DNA of 64,000 nt from Vicugna vicugna (lineage: Eukaryota), in assembly GCA_013265495.1 (NCBI GenBank), contig MU058065.1, forward strand, positions 7,626,302 through 7,690,301, written 5' to 3'. The position numbers were made by a program, and so were the translations under genes. The notes beneath the pieces were generated by a model, which was given only the letters and a program-made list of their open reading frames with translations, did not search any database and was not told where the DNA came from. Shown here in pieces: positions 50,294-62,190 of this stretch (the stretch's first letter is position 1; every line of letters begins with the position of its first letter).

Positions 50294-50791
50294 TATAATA
50301 GAAAAAAATAAAGACACAAATTTGACCCTATATTTGATCTGTTTCTTGTAATTTAACCTTTGTATTCTATTGCTTTTGCTACAAGTTATTCACTAAAGGG
50401 ATGTTGCCTATATGCTTAAATTACACATAATGGCCCATCTCTGGGAACCCTGCCTCCCAGGTAATGAGCATGGACCTAAAATACCTTTATTTAGCTCACA
50501 GGAAATATCCTGACCAGGCCTACCTGTGAATGGCTGTAGGAAGGAAGAAATTAACGCATCCCCTCCAGAGGCTGACCAGAACCAGGAAAGGTTTGACTTT
50601 ATTCCCCCAACTTTTAGTATGAAAAAAATCTGAATTCTAACTCAGGCAGAATGCTTCTTTGGGACCCTAGTTCCTCATGTTCTCAGTCTGCTGGCTTTCC
50701 AAATTAAGTTACTATTCTTTGCCTCAACAACTCGTCCCTCAATTTATTGGCCTGTCATGCAGCGAGCAGTACGAGCTCGGACTCGGTAGCA
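50294..50791 (+). mobile_element. ERV1-class solo LTR, same family group as 19143-19624
   Basis: Shares tattctattgcttttgcta, cagtctgctggctttccaaat and ggactcggta(g/a)ca with the first copy; 4-bp TSD atag/gtag. Confidence 0.85.
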
Positions 50792-53039
50792 GTAGCAATG
50801 TCTGTCCAGTAAATGCAATAAATGTGCCCTTGTCCTCTGACTGTCAGCAGCTCAGGACAGGAGCCATATCTCAATCATTTTGACCACCCAGTGCTAGCAC
50901 AAGCCTGACACCGTGACCCCATGCAGGCCATTTCACTTCTGGCCTCCGCTTCCTCACCTATGGGATGAGGTGGCTAACCAAGACCATATTCTTTTCTGAT
51001 ATCAACTTTCTTGGTCTTCTACAGAGAAAGGTGCAGCCTAGGATTTCATTTGTTCTGCTGGTAAAGAACTGATTTCTCTCCCAGCACATAATGGGTTAAG
51101 CTGGAAAGAAAAGGGAGGGAAAACCATAGATTGGCCCTTTCCTTCCTGGTGGCTTCCCCGAATGGAGGCCCAGGAAGGAAAAGGCAGGACCCCCTCTTCA
51201 GAGAGGAGCCTGCGACCTCACCCTGCTGAGCTTTGGCTGGAACATGTTTCCAGCAGGATAAAATGGGGGTTCTCATCAGCGTGGGAGAGGAAAGGAGGCA
51301 GGTGGAGCCTGTCCTGGGTCAGGGAAGTCACACCAGCATCCCAAGCAGCTGAGATAACAAGAACCCACTTCTGAGAAGAGGCACGTCAGAGGAGAGCGGC
51401 CCAGCCAGCCCATGAAAGAAAAAGTTGGGAAGGGTAGCAGAGGCCAGGTTCACAGACAAAGGCTTTCGGAAGGGTGGAGGAGGGCAGGAATGAGAAGCAA
51501 AGTGGTGAGGCTCAGAGTCCCTGAAACAAACGAAAATATTCACAAGCACATGGCAAAGAATGTGGGAGAAATAAAGAATTCCACCCAAGAGGTGGGAGGT
51601 CGCAAACTCATGTCAGCAGCGGCAGAGAGAACAGAAGGAGGCAACGCAGGTGGGCAGGTTCAAGGGCTGAAGAGAAACAGGCGACAGAACTGCTGTCTCA
51701 GATTTCCCCTGCAGGAAAGTCCTGAAGATGAAGTCATGACATTTGAGACATAAGTTAACATCACAACTGTGATTTACATTCTGTCTGGTGCTAAATGATT
51801 TGCAACCCATTTCATTTTACCTTTATGGTTGCTCTGGGAAATGAGCAGGGCAGGTGTCACCAACCTCATTTACTGATGAAGGAATGAGGTCCTAAAATGA
51901 TTCAGGGACTCATCAAGGTCACTGTGCAGCCAGAGACGACAGGGGAATAGATGCATAACGGGCCATCAGAGAACCCCTGGGTGCTGCCCCTCGGTTGACC
52001 CAGCAATTCATTGCTTTTAAAAAGAATTATCACAATTTTTATATAAGAAATAAATATATTCACATGACTTACCTTTCCTTACTACTATAATGTCTTATGT
52101 AATTAAAATTTATGAGCAATATTTATAGGAATAAAAACAAACTAAATCTGCAGATCATGGTGAGAGGGGCCATGGTATTACTCTAATTATGAGAAGAAGA
52201 GGTTGGAAAATGTCTAGGCAATTGCAAAGCAGTAATTAAAATGGAAATTCAGGTCTTTCCTCCTTAACATGCTTCTTTGAAAAGAGTCAACACACAGTTG
52301 TGTGCTGGGGAAAATATTTTAATTTCAATCTTATCATGAATGTTTCCTCTTACAAGGGCTCATGAGCACTGTCTTGGAGTTACAGAGATCCCTAGTTTGT
52401 TCTTAATTAGAGTTGAGTTTATATTTGCACTCATGAGGAGGGGCTACTTGGTTGGATTTTCATTAGAAAATGAGTAGAGGTGTTTAGTGTGAGAAGGAGT
52501 GCAGAACAGTGGGCTCTACTACCACCCAACTCATTTGCAGTAGAGGGAGGGGAGAATTAGGGCAGGCTACTGAGTCCTGGGAGTGCAGGAGGGAGGCTGC
52601 CAGTAAGAGAGAGAGAAGGGCAATAGGTATGAAGCCCAGAATGAGACTGCCCACAAAGCTCTTGACTGCAGGGACTAGGTGGCACTGACCATGTAAAGAT
52701 GACCCACAATATAAGGTGAATGTAATTTTCAAGTAAGAAGCACAGACAATAAGGAACAAGAGCATTTAGAGAGAGCTGTGCATTGGAGGGGTCTGGAAAG
52801 TGGCCACCCTTCCTAGGAGTGGCTTAGATGTATTCCTTGAAGATCGTGGAGAAAAGCAGGAAGGAAATCCCAGAGTAGAGATGCGGAAGCAGGAATGCTG
52901 GGTATGTGCAGGCAACACTGGGGTGGCCAGGCCAGCTGGCTTTGGTAAGTGCTGGCAGTAGGGGACACACATTTAGAAAGATTATTTGGAGCATGTTCTG
53001 GGAAATCCGGGGAAGTAGCATGACCCTCGAGACCACCAT

Positions 53040-53415
53040 TGAATCAGGAGAACTAAGCATTCATCTAGCTCTGCCACCACTGGCCAAATGCTCATGGTCA
53101 CGTCATATCTCTCTCTTTCTCTGCCTCAGTCCTGTTATTTGTATAACAAGGAGGGTGAGAACATCATCATCACAGTAGATAATATAAGTCCTCACTGTGA
53201 GCCAGGCCCTGCTCTAACAGGTATTAACTCACTCCATCCTCCAATAATCCTGTTAAATGGGACCTGGGATTATACCCATTTAACAGATGAGAAAAATGAG
53301 ACACGGAGAAGAAGTAACTTCTCTGAGGATGTACAGCTATTCAAGTAGAGGAGCTGGAACATACAATCCTACATGCTGCCTCTAGAGCTCATGTTCTTTT
53401 CCACTACTCTATGCT
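53040..53415. mobile_element. Two MIR SINEs in opposite orientation (+ ~53040-53170, - ~53175-53415)
   Basis: ctctgcctcagtcctgttatttgtataa, then attatacccatttaacagatgagaaaaatgagacacggaga. Confidence 0.7.
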
Positions 53416-54008
53416 GTTCTTTATAGTCCTTGCAAATCAGCATTAAACTTCAGCCTATAATTTAAATGAGCTGCCATCTCCCCTGAGCAAAAACAGTACA
53501 CATGACCCTTTTTCTCCAAAATGGCAAAGTCATGCCTCCCTCATGCAGCCTGGGCTCACCCCAGACTCCTGCCCATCCCAGGAGAAAAGGTCTGCTGGCT
53601 GAGCCCTGAGCAGGTGGGAGCATTTAATGACTGTCACACCAGCCTCCGATAGAATTTCTATTTCAGCAGTGACTGACTGCTTAAACCATGCCTGGCTGCT
53701 GTCCTTGTCATAACTGCATGCTCCAACCAGTCAGTCAGACGCAGCAGTAATAATAAAAAGTGATTATTAATAACAACAAAGGCAATAATAAAGAAAAGAA
53801 TGATTGAAAAGCCTCCCAAGGAAGGCAGGGGTCACAGAACACAGAATCATGAAATACTGTGCTCAGAAGGTTGCTCAGAGGTCGTTCAACCCAACCCCCT
53901 CATAGTTCTGAGGAAATCAAGCTCGAACAAGCTAGTCCCCTGCCTGAGGTCACATAGCTCATAGAACCAGCATGCTCACTGGGACCCAATTTCTTGAGCC
54001 TATTTATT

Positions 54009-54717
54009 TATTTACTATTTTATTTTTTAACTAAAGTATAGTTGATTTACAATGGTGTGTTATTTTCAGGTGTACAGAAAAATGGTACATATATACACAT
54101 ATATATTATTTTTCAGATTGTTTTCCATTATAGATTATTACAATATATTGAAGTTAGTTCCCTGTGCTCTGCAGCTCTACAGTAGGACCTTGTTGTGTAT
54201 CTATCTTTACATGTAGTAGTGTGTGTATGTTAATCCCGAACTCCTAATTTCTCTCTCCCCTTGTTCTCTCCCCTATGCTAACCATAAGCTTGTGTTCTAT
54301 GTCTGTGAGTCTCTTTCTGTTTTGTAAACAAATTCATTTGTATCATTTCTTAATTCCATACATAAGTGATATCATATGATATTTTTCTTTCTGTCTGACT
54401 TACTTCACTTAACATAATAATCCATCCACGTTGTTGCAAATGGCATTATTTTATTCTTTTTTATGGCTGAGTAGTATTCAATTGTGTGTACACATATATA
54501 TACCACATCTTCTTTATCCAGTCATCTGTCGATGGATATTTAGATTGCTTCCATGTCTTTGCTATTGTAAATAGTGCTTCTATGAACATTGGGGTCCATG
54601 TATCTTTTTGAATTAGAGTTTCCTCCAGATATATGCCCAGGAGTGGGATTACTGGATCATATGGCAACTCTACTTTTAGTGGAGTATCTTCCTATTCTAT
54701 TCTTCATAGTGGCTGGA
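54009..54717 (-). mobile_element. 5'-truncated lineage-specific L1 (ORF2 end and 3'UTR)
   Basis: ORF 54461-54667 reads [39 protein letters not shown] cttgagcctatttatt (53993-54008) and ctcgagtctatttatt (54718-54733). Confidence 0.92.
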
Positions 54718-55986
54718 CTCGAGTCTATTTATTAAAGATTGTGCCAGAGAAAGCAGGCGTTTTCTTTTCCAGTTAGGCATATTAATTCAAATCTCTAGGC
54801 CCCGCTTTCAGCAACTGTAGAATAAATGGACTTTGAAATGAATGCTACCTTCCCTGCCTCCTGGCAAGTACCCAGGGTCTAATTTGTCCTCATTGTGTCA
54901 TACAGAGTTGAGGTGTCCCTTCTCACTGGTGAGTCTAGTTCACCTGGCTCTGCCAGCATAGGAGGCACCAGCTTTACAAGAAGACCTAGAAAGACCTTAG
55001 ACCTGAAAATCAGGTAACAAATGCTGAAATGTCAATCATTTCTCTCTAGGTAGCCCCAGACTCTCTCTAATTCTATTTGGTGACCCTTGGCAAGTGCTTA
55101 CTCTGCTTATCAGTTTATCTTCATCACTCTGAATGCATTCCTTTAAGCTAAGAATGAAAAAAATAAATCACAAGAAAAGAATATATAGGCCAAAGAATTT
55201 GATAGCAACTTACAAACCTCTCAGTGAGGTGAGAACATGCAGGCAGTTGCTCTGGGAAAGTTGCTCTCCATCTTAGTCCTGCCGCAGCACCAGGCTCTCT
55301 TTTCACCAGCTCCCAGAAACATTGTGTTTTGCTCAGTTCTCTTTTTCCTTTTTTTTTTTCTTATATTCTCAAAGACCAGTCTCATTACAAAATAAAACTG
55401 AAAGTTCTTGCACTGACATTGTCCTTCATTTCACATCCTGGGAGGCTGCCCCAGACAGCCCTTGGTTTCTTCCAGCGGTCACAGAGGCCACTCCACCATG
55501 GAACCCTGATGCATTTTCATCCATGCAATGCCTGCCCTGCCCTGCCCCCCTAACTGCCCCTCTTCCACCCAAGCATTGGCAGAGCTCACATAAAACATAG
55601 AACAGTCCTATCTTGAATGAGTTGGTGGCCAGATCAGCCCCTACTTCTTCCCTAGATTAATTAAGTCATGTTCTTCTTAAATGAATATGTGGTGTTCACT
55701 GGCATTGACGTATAACCTTCTTTGTCCCAGAGAGAGCTTCCTCTGCAAAGATGCCTGCCTTTCCTGCCCCTTGGTTCCATCCCTGAGACCATCCTGCTCA
55801 TGGCTTCTTCCTCTGCCCTATCTTCAACTTCTAGTCCTCTCCTCCCCATCATAGCACCTCATTGACTGTACTTTATGGAAGAAAAAAATCCTTCAAGTCA
55901 TCTGCTTAGCTGAGCACAAAGTGGAAGAATGTGTAGGGAGCCAAGGAGCAAGGGTTATTTAGCAACATACTTTTTAAAGAAGTTCA

Positions 55987-56116
55987 CAATAAAAAAAAAT
56001 GTGACAGTGAATATATATATGTTTATGTATAACTGAAAAATTGTGCTCTACACTGGAATTTGACACAACATTGTAAAATGACTATAACTCAGTAAAAAAT
56101 GTTAAAAAAAAAAAAA
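55987..56116 (+). mobile_element. Short young L1 3' terminus with poly(A) (camelid type)
   Basis: atgtgacagtgaatatata..gtataactgaaaaattgtgctctacactggaatttgacacaacattgtaaaatgactataactc, then an A-tail. Confidence 0.85.
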
Positions 56117-56713
56117 GAAATCAGAGCAAATTCTCATCTGCATGGCTCCACATTTCTCTTAGAATAAGAATCCTAAGGCTGAAAGGAACTGGGAGGATTT
56201 ATTCCTGCCTCAGGGCAAGGCTTCCTTGTGATCAGGTCAGACAGCTGGTTTCCCCTTCCTGAAGATTCTTAAGGGATGGCGTTCTCAGTAGTTTTCCCTT
56301 TCCCTTACATCACAGGCTTTCACAATTCTGGCTGCAGGAAGTGGTTTCTTAATGACTGACTTCCATTCCTCAGATATCAGTATGTTCCCCTCGGCCCCTG
56401 ACACTGACAACTTTCCATCACTCTCTCATTCTGGGAGGATGCCCCATCGGCTGCATCTGATAGGACCTCAGACTCCCGGAACAGGAGCTGGCCAGGCCAG
56501 GAACAGGAGGGAGGGTGGGAGTCAAGGCAGACCCAAAGTCCATGCTCGGCTGAAAGGGGAGCCTCACTGAGGGTATGACTGAGAATGTGGGCTGAGGGCT
56601 TGACCTACAGGACTTTCCAAAAGAAACCAGAAATCCAGATTTTTGTGTGGAATCTCCCATTGTCTACATCTTCTCCAGTGAGATTCATGATGATGTGCCC
56701 ATAGGGCACTTGT

Positions 56714-56828
56714 CTTTTTTTTTTTTAACTTTTTAAAAATTGAAATACATTTGACACATAACATTGTATAAGTTAAGGTGTACAACATGTTGATTTGATA
56801 CATTTTTATATTGCAATATGATTGCCAT
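56714..56828 (-). mobile_element. L1MA-type 3' terminal fragment
   Basis: T-tail followed by ttgacacataacattgtataagttaaggtgtacaacatgttgatttgatacatt. Confidence 0.8.
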
Positions 56829-57961
56829 TCTGCACCAGACTCTTAATTCTTCCCCATGCTTTCAAAGGAATTAATGAGCAAATGAGGCTCTGGTTCCTGA
56901 CAGACACAGGAAAGCTCCCTTGAGCCTCTGTCCTTTCAGCTGAATTTCTCCCAGTGCCATCCATGAGGGTCCTTCCACGGTCACAAACCAGAGACCCTAG
57001 ACTCGAAGCTCACAGAGGATACAATGAGGATCTTTGAACTATTTGTAGCCCAGATGATACATGTGTGTATGGAACCACTTTTGACTTTAGTTTTCCCCTA
57101 GACACCATGAAGTCCAGGAGTTGTGTTAATCAATCATTTTAGCTAAAATGCATGCTCTAAACACACACACCCAATCACTCCTGAATGACTGGCCTCTATG
57201 TGAACCTGGTTTACAGCCCGCAGTCCAAGCAGGAAGAATCTCCTCACTCTGTCCTCACAGTTCCATTGGCATTTCACAGGGAAAAGACTATGTAGTTCAT
57301 GAATAAATGAAATGTTTTGGAAAACACAGAAAGAGCAGCACAGAATCATAGAGCCCAGGGGCAAGGGAGTGACAATGGGGGACTAGTTTGGAGAAAGTTT
57401 GGACAGAAATCCGAGGCCAACCAGCACCCCTGGTTATGGTGGTGGAGGAACACTTAATCCCAAAAGAAAGCCCTGACAAATCACTCCCCACGCCTGGCCC
57501 TGCTGACGCCCTGAAGCGCGCTTCCTCTCTGGGGGACCCCCAGTGAAACAGCCGTGTGTTCAGGTTAAACAACTGTGTGTGCGCATGCAGCTGCTCAGAG
57601 CTGTGTCAGGAGTTCATTGTTATTAGGTAAACAGCACACTTTCTGACTTTCCTCTTGATGACATTAAGTGATTTTGGTTTTAGGGAACAGCAGATCAAAG
57701 TGAAATTCTGACACCCTGCCCAGAGGCTGAGGGCCTTCAGAAAAGGTGGGAGAGCTGGGCGCTAGGAGAGGCACTGCTACCATGACAGAAAGGGTCTTGA
57801 AGGTGAATCTTGGTTTGGGGCTGAAAGCAGAAAGATGAGCACTCCTGGTGGGGGTGAAGGAGGACGGGCTGGGAAGAACTTCTGGTCTAAGGGAGGTCGG
57901 TGGCCCCAGCAGTGGCCAAAACTGTGTCTTCAGAGGATTTTTGCCCCCAGAGTTGCTAAGA

Positions 57962-58300
57962 ACATACAACACCACATATACCAAACACATGTACCACAAC
58001 CCTACCATGCACACCCCCCCACATACCGCACACACAGACCACACCCCTACCATACACATGCACCCCCCCACATACCACACACACACACAGACCACACATA
58101 CCATACACATATACCACACCCCTACCATGCACACACACACACACAAACACCACATACCGCACAAACACACATAGACCACACACCTACTGTGCACACACAC
58201 GTACCTTGCACACACAGACTACACATACCATACACACACCCACCACACCCATACCTCCCCCTGACACTCACACACACACACACACACACACACTCTCACC
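57962..58300 (+). repeat. Degenerate CA-rich minisatellite / low-complexity tract
   Basis: Recurrent cacatacc(g/a)cacacacagaccacac and ccctaccatgcacac units, ending in (CA)n. Confidence 0.9.
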
Positions 58301-58554
58301 CACCATAAGGGCTGGGCATACAGGAAGGATGCAGTCAGAAGGGGGAGGGCATAAGGAGGAAGATACACACCCTGACCACAAGCATCCATTCACATCCCAA
58401 GATTTTAACAGCACAGTCAAAGCCAGAGTATAATTCTATTCCTCCTCTCAAGAGCCCATGAGATGGATACAGTGTTTGAGAAAAGTGAGGCTCGGAGAAG
58501 CTGAGAAACCTCCCCAAACTAGGGATCGGTAATTCCTCTGAACTTCCCACATCA

Positions 58555-58890
58555 GCCCCGGTTTGTGATGGGGGTCAACCACCAGTATCTGTATTTCCCA
58601 TAAGTCTTACTAGTATCTGTACTTGAGTATCATCTTCTGTTCATGTAGGGAAAAAAAATGCATGTATTACCTTATATGTATGTGTGTATCAGTCACTTAT
58701 ACATCTAACCTATAATTTCATAGGTGTTTTTTAAAGACAAGGATAATAAAACAAAACAGGTTGGTTTAAAGTTGTTTTGAAGAAAATACTAAGTAAATAT
58801 AAAATATTAGGTAAATAATAGCACAGATGGTGCAGAAATATGGCACAAACCAAGAGACTGATATGCAAATGGCCGGTTCTGAGAAATGCT
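58555..58890. mobile_element. hAT-Charlie MITE (Charlie18a/Charlie4z-like)
   Basis: gtacttgagtatcatcttctgttcat..aaatattaggtaaataatagcacagatggtgcagaaatatggca..tctgagaaatgct. Confidence 0.55.
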
Positions 58891-59609
58891 CACTGGGCTA
58901 TGGGACAGCTCTGAAAACCGGAGTGCGTTTCCTTACACTGAGCTGAGTTTGCCCTCAAAACTCTTTAAACTGGGTGTGTCCTCCTGGGTGGCAGGACAAA
59001 AGTCTGATCTTCCATAGGCTGTTATTCAAATACGCAAGGCCAGGAAAGGGCCATGAAGACATTTTTCTTGTCTGCATTCAGTCTCCGCTGGTGTACCTGA
59101 AATGGGCCGGAGACCCACCCCGCTCGTCTGCCCTGACGTCTCTAGTCCACACTGATGTTTGACCAGAGTCTGTTCTTGTCTCACTTTCAACTTACACGGT
59201 TCAAAATGTGGGGATGGAGGCAGGGCCTGCCGCCTTAGTATCTGGACCACAGCAAAGGTCAAGGCACTTACAGTCAAGATCAACTGCACTTACAGAGCTG
59301 CCAACAGAAGCACATGCTTGTGGAAAATAGTATTAAAAAATTTTTAAGGAGGAGGGCTGGGCTCGGAATGACACAGGAGGCCTAGAGTCTGGATACTTTT
59401 CATCAGGAGCTGCGTCCTGGGGGTAGCAAGCCATTAACAGTGGTTTAAAGCAGAGGAAGAATGTGTTAGGGTAGGTCCAAGGAACGTGTCAGGCCAGAGC
59501 AGGCGCGTGAGGGATGGGGCAGATCCAGCAATGCAGGAACAGAAACTGGTGCCAGTGAGAGGAGACAGGTAGACCAAGTGTAAAATGCAGCAAGTCACTG
59601 TGCCCAGAA

Positions 59610-59780
59610 TCAGTGGTTCTACTTGAGCAAGAATCACTTACAAGGCCTTTCAAATTACAGATGCCCAGGTGCCAACCCAGACTGATTGGTTCAGAAGGTC
59701 TGGACAAGCCTCAGTAAGTTTCTTGTTTGTTTATTTGTTAACTCCTCTGATGATTTAATGTGCAGCCAGAGTTCAGACGA
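59610..59780. mobile_element. MER5-like MITE
   Basis: cagtggttct..gaatcac..aattacagatgcccagg..gatgatttaatgtgcagccagagtt. Confidence 0.65.
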
Positions 59781-61859
59781 TCGAGTTATTGAGTATAAGA
59801 TGCTGGGTATACAACTAAATCTGGGGGAACAAAACAAATGTGATCCCTGCCCTCATAGCTCCTTGGAGCCTGGGAGAAGAGATAAACATTAAACACAAAA
59901 TAAACACTCAGTTACAAATTGTGGCTTGGGCTATACAGGAAAAGAACAGGGTGGAGGATGTGTGTGTCACAGCGAATGGTGGGTCTTTCCAATCTCTGGG
60001 AGAAGGTACTTAACAGTAATAAACACCATAGAATTCAGTTACACGAAATCAGCACCATAAATTGTGACTAACATTTTCATTGGTTGTGTAACAATATAAA
60101 CATTGCAAGATTTAATGGAGATTTTTTAAAAAATGTTTTAAATAAATAAATAAAATGGGAGAGAAACCCTAAAGAGGATGAAAGAATTGTTCAAGGAGAG
60201 TCGGCCTGGAGAAGAGGAGGCAGGGAGGCAGAGGGGCCTGAGGAGTCCACACACTTTCTGAGTTTTCTTACGAGTGAGAAACCTGAGTTTTAGCTTCTCC
60301 AAGAATCACGCAGCAGTTGGAAGAGGATGATCTTAGGTTACCATAACTTGGGGTTGTAATTGAAAGCACACAATGCTGGAGATTTGGAAAAGAGTGTTTG
60401 GGGGAAGAAATCAGGGAAAGAGAACAGGGGCTAATGTATCGATGTCGCCTTAAGGCACCTTAGGTGGTGATGTCATTGGTGGAACTTATTTATGTGGAAC
60501 AGACTTTATGCAAAATACCTGTCCAGGGTGCTTAACTTCTTTTAGCCTCAGTTTCCTCCTCCATCAAATGGAGACAGTATCCCTAGCTCCCTCGTAGGAA
60601 TTTGGAAAAGCTGTACTGAATGCTTGCTGGGTTTCCAAAGTGGTGCTACACTTCCCTGTGCCTCGTTAGGAGAGGAGCTAACATCAATCAAGCATCAATT
60701 ATGGATTGTCGCACTGGCGTTTGCAGTTTAGAAGTGTTATCTGCTTGATTCCCAGGAAACTCAGTACCCTGAACTGGGAATGATTTTCTCCATTTTCAGA
60801 TGAGCTAAACTGTCTCTCAGGAAACTTTTTCTGAGGCCAAGAGCTGAGAAAGAGACTTGAAATTTAAATCCAGTTGGTCAGTCCCGTCCAGACCAGGACC
60901 CTTCCAGAGGATGATGTAGAGAGAATATGGTAGAACAGGGGCCAGGGGGAGAGTGAAGGTGAGAGAAAGAGTCAGGAGAGGGAGAGAGAGAGTGACGGCA
61001 GAGGGAGAGGCCTACGGAAGGAGGGACAGCCCGACTGCAGGTGATGGGCAAAGTCCGGTATGCCACCCCGTCTCACTGAGGCGTGCGTGGAATGACCCCC
61101 TCTTGTCTGCTGACGCATCTGCTTTCACGGTTCAGTGTGTTCTGCTCAGTTTCCTGAAGCCACGGCCCTCCCCTCGGCCCCCTCCTTGCTCTTCTCCTTT
61201 TCCCAGCCTCTCCCAGGTCCCAGGTTTTGAGGGAAGCCTGTGATCCGGATGCCTTTGGTTTGCTCAGACAATTGCTTAATTGCTATTTAAGAGAACTGAT
61301 GCAATGGACCTTTGACACACGTTGGTTACAGTGACATCCGAAAAGAGAAATAGACTTCCTCTCATGAATGGGAAATTCTTTTCATAGCCATTATTCTGAG
61401 AAGGAAGCACAGGCAGGTGGGCATCAGCCACAGGCCCAAGGGACGGGACCATTTCTGGGGCCTGTCTTCCTCTAGGGGCTGGTCAAAGTTTGGGGAGCCC
61501 AAGGGTCCTTAGGGCTCACTAGCTTCTAGTAGATCTTCCCTTCCAGAATAAAAAGGGGCCAGAGTTTCCGAAGTCATTTTCCTTTCTGAAGCTTTTAAAG
61601 CAGCTCAAGTTACTAGCTCCTCCTCCCTGGGCTTGCCTGGAGGTAGGGGGCCCCTTCTCCACCCTTCCATGAGACAGGTGGTGGGAGGAATATTTTATCA
61701 TGGACAGTGTTAGAATTAATTGTTGAATTTTTGTTCTCCACAGGCCAGGCTCCCTTTTGCCCATGGGAGCATGGGAGACCCACCTCACTCCCCCCACCCA
61801 GCGTGCCTGTGTCCAAGTGCATCAGCTGGGTGGGTCGCATGGACCCAAAATAGGGTCAG

Positions 61860-62190
61860 GCTATACTGCTGTTCCATTTCCAAGGAAATCCTCTGATGCA
61901 AAAGCACATGTTCAGTAACTCTGATGACTCAGGTCTTGGGTCAAATGTCACCTTCCCAGAGAGTCCCTCCCAATAACTTTCCCTAAGGCGACCCCACTCC
62001 CTTTCCCAGGCTCTCTCTGTGGCATCCCATCCTGTTTCACTTTCTTTACAGCACTCACCCTGACTTGACATTCTTATTTCTTCAATCCAGGCCACCCTGC
62101 GGACGGGTCCTCCCACCATCAGCCCCATCAGTCTCTCCAGTAATCCTCGTGTCTGGAACAGAGTCATGATCATAGTCGATGTGTGACAAC
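61860..62190 (+). mobile_element. L2 LINE 3' fragment
   Basis: tcaggtcttgggtcaaatgtcaccttcccagagagtccctccc..tttctttacagcactcacc. Confidence 0.7.

Noticed and set aside
57664..58433. Overlapping Cys/Val- and His/Thr/Pro-rich ORFs
   Set aside because: Artefacts of the CA-rich tract, which lacks stop codons.
59020..59295. Possible minus-strand exons (three gtaagt donors, a tttcag acceptor at ~59097)
   Set aside because: No consistent acceptor-donor pair encloses a recognisable reading frame.
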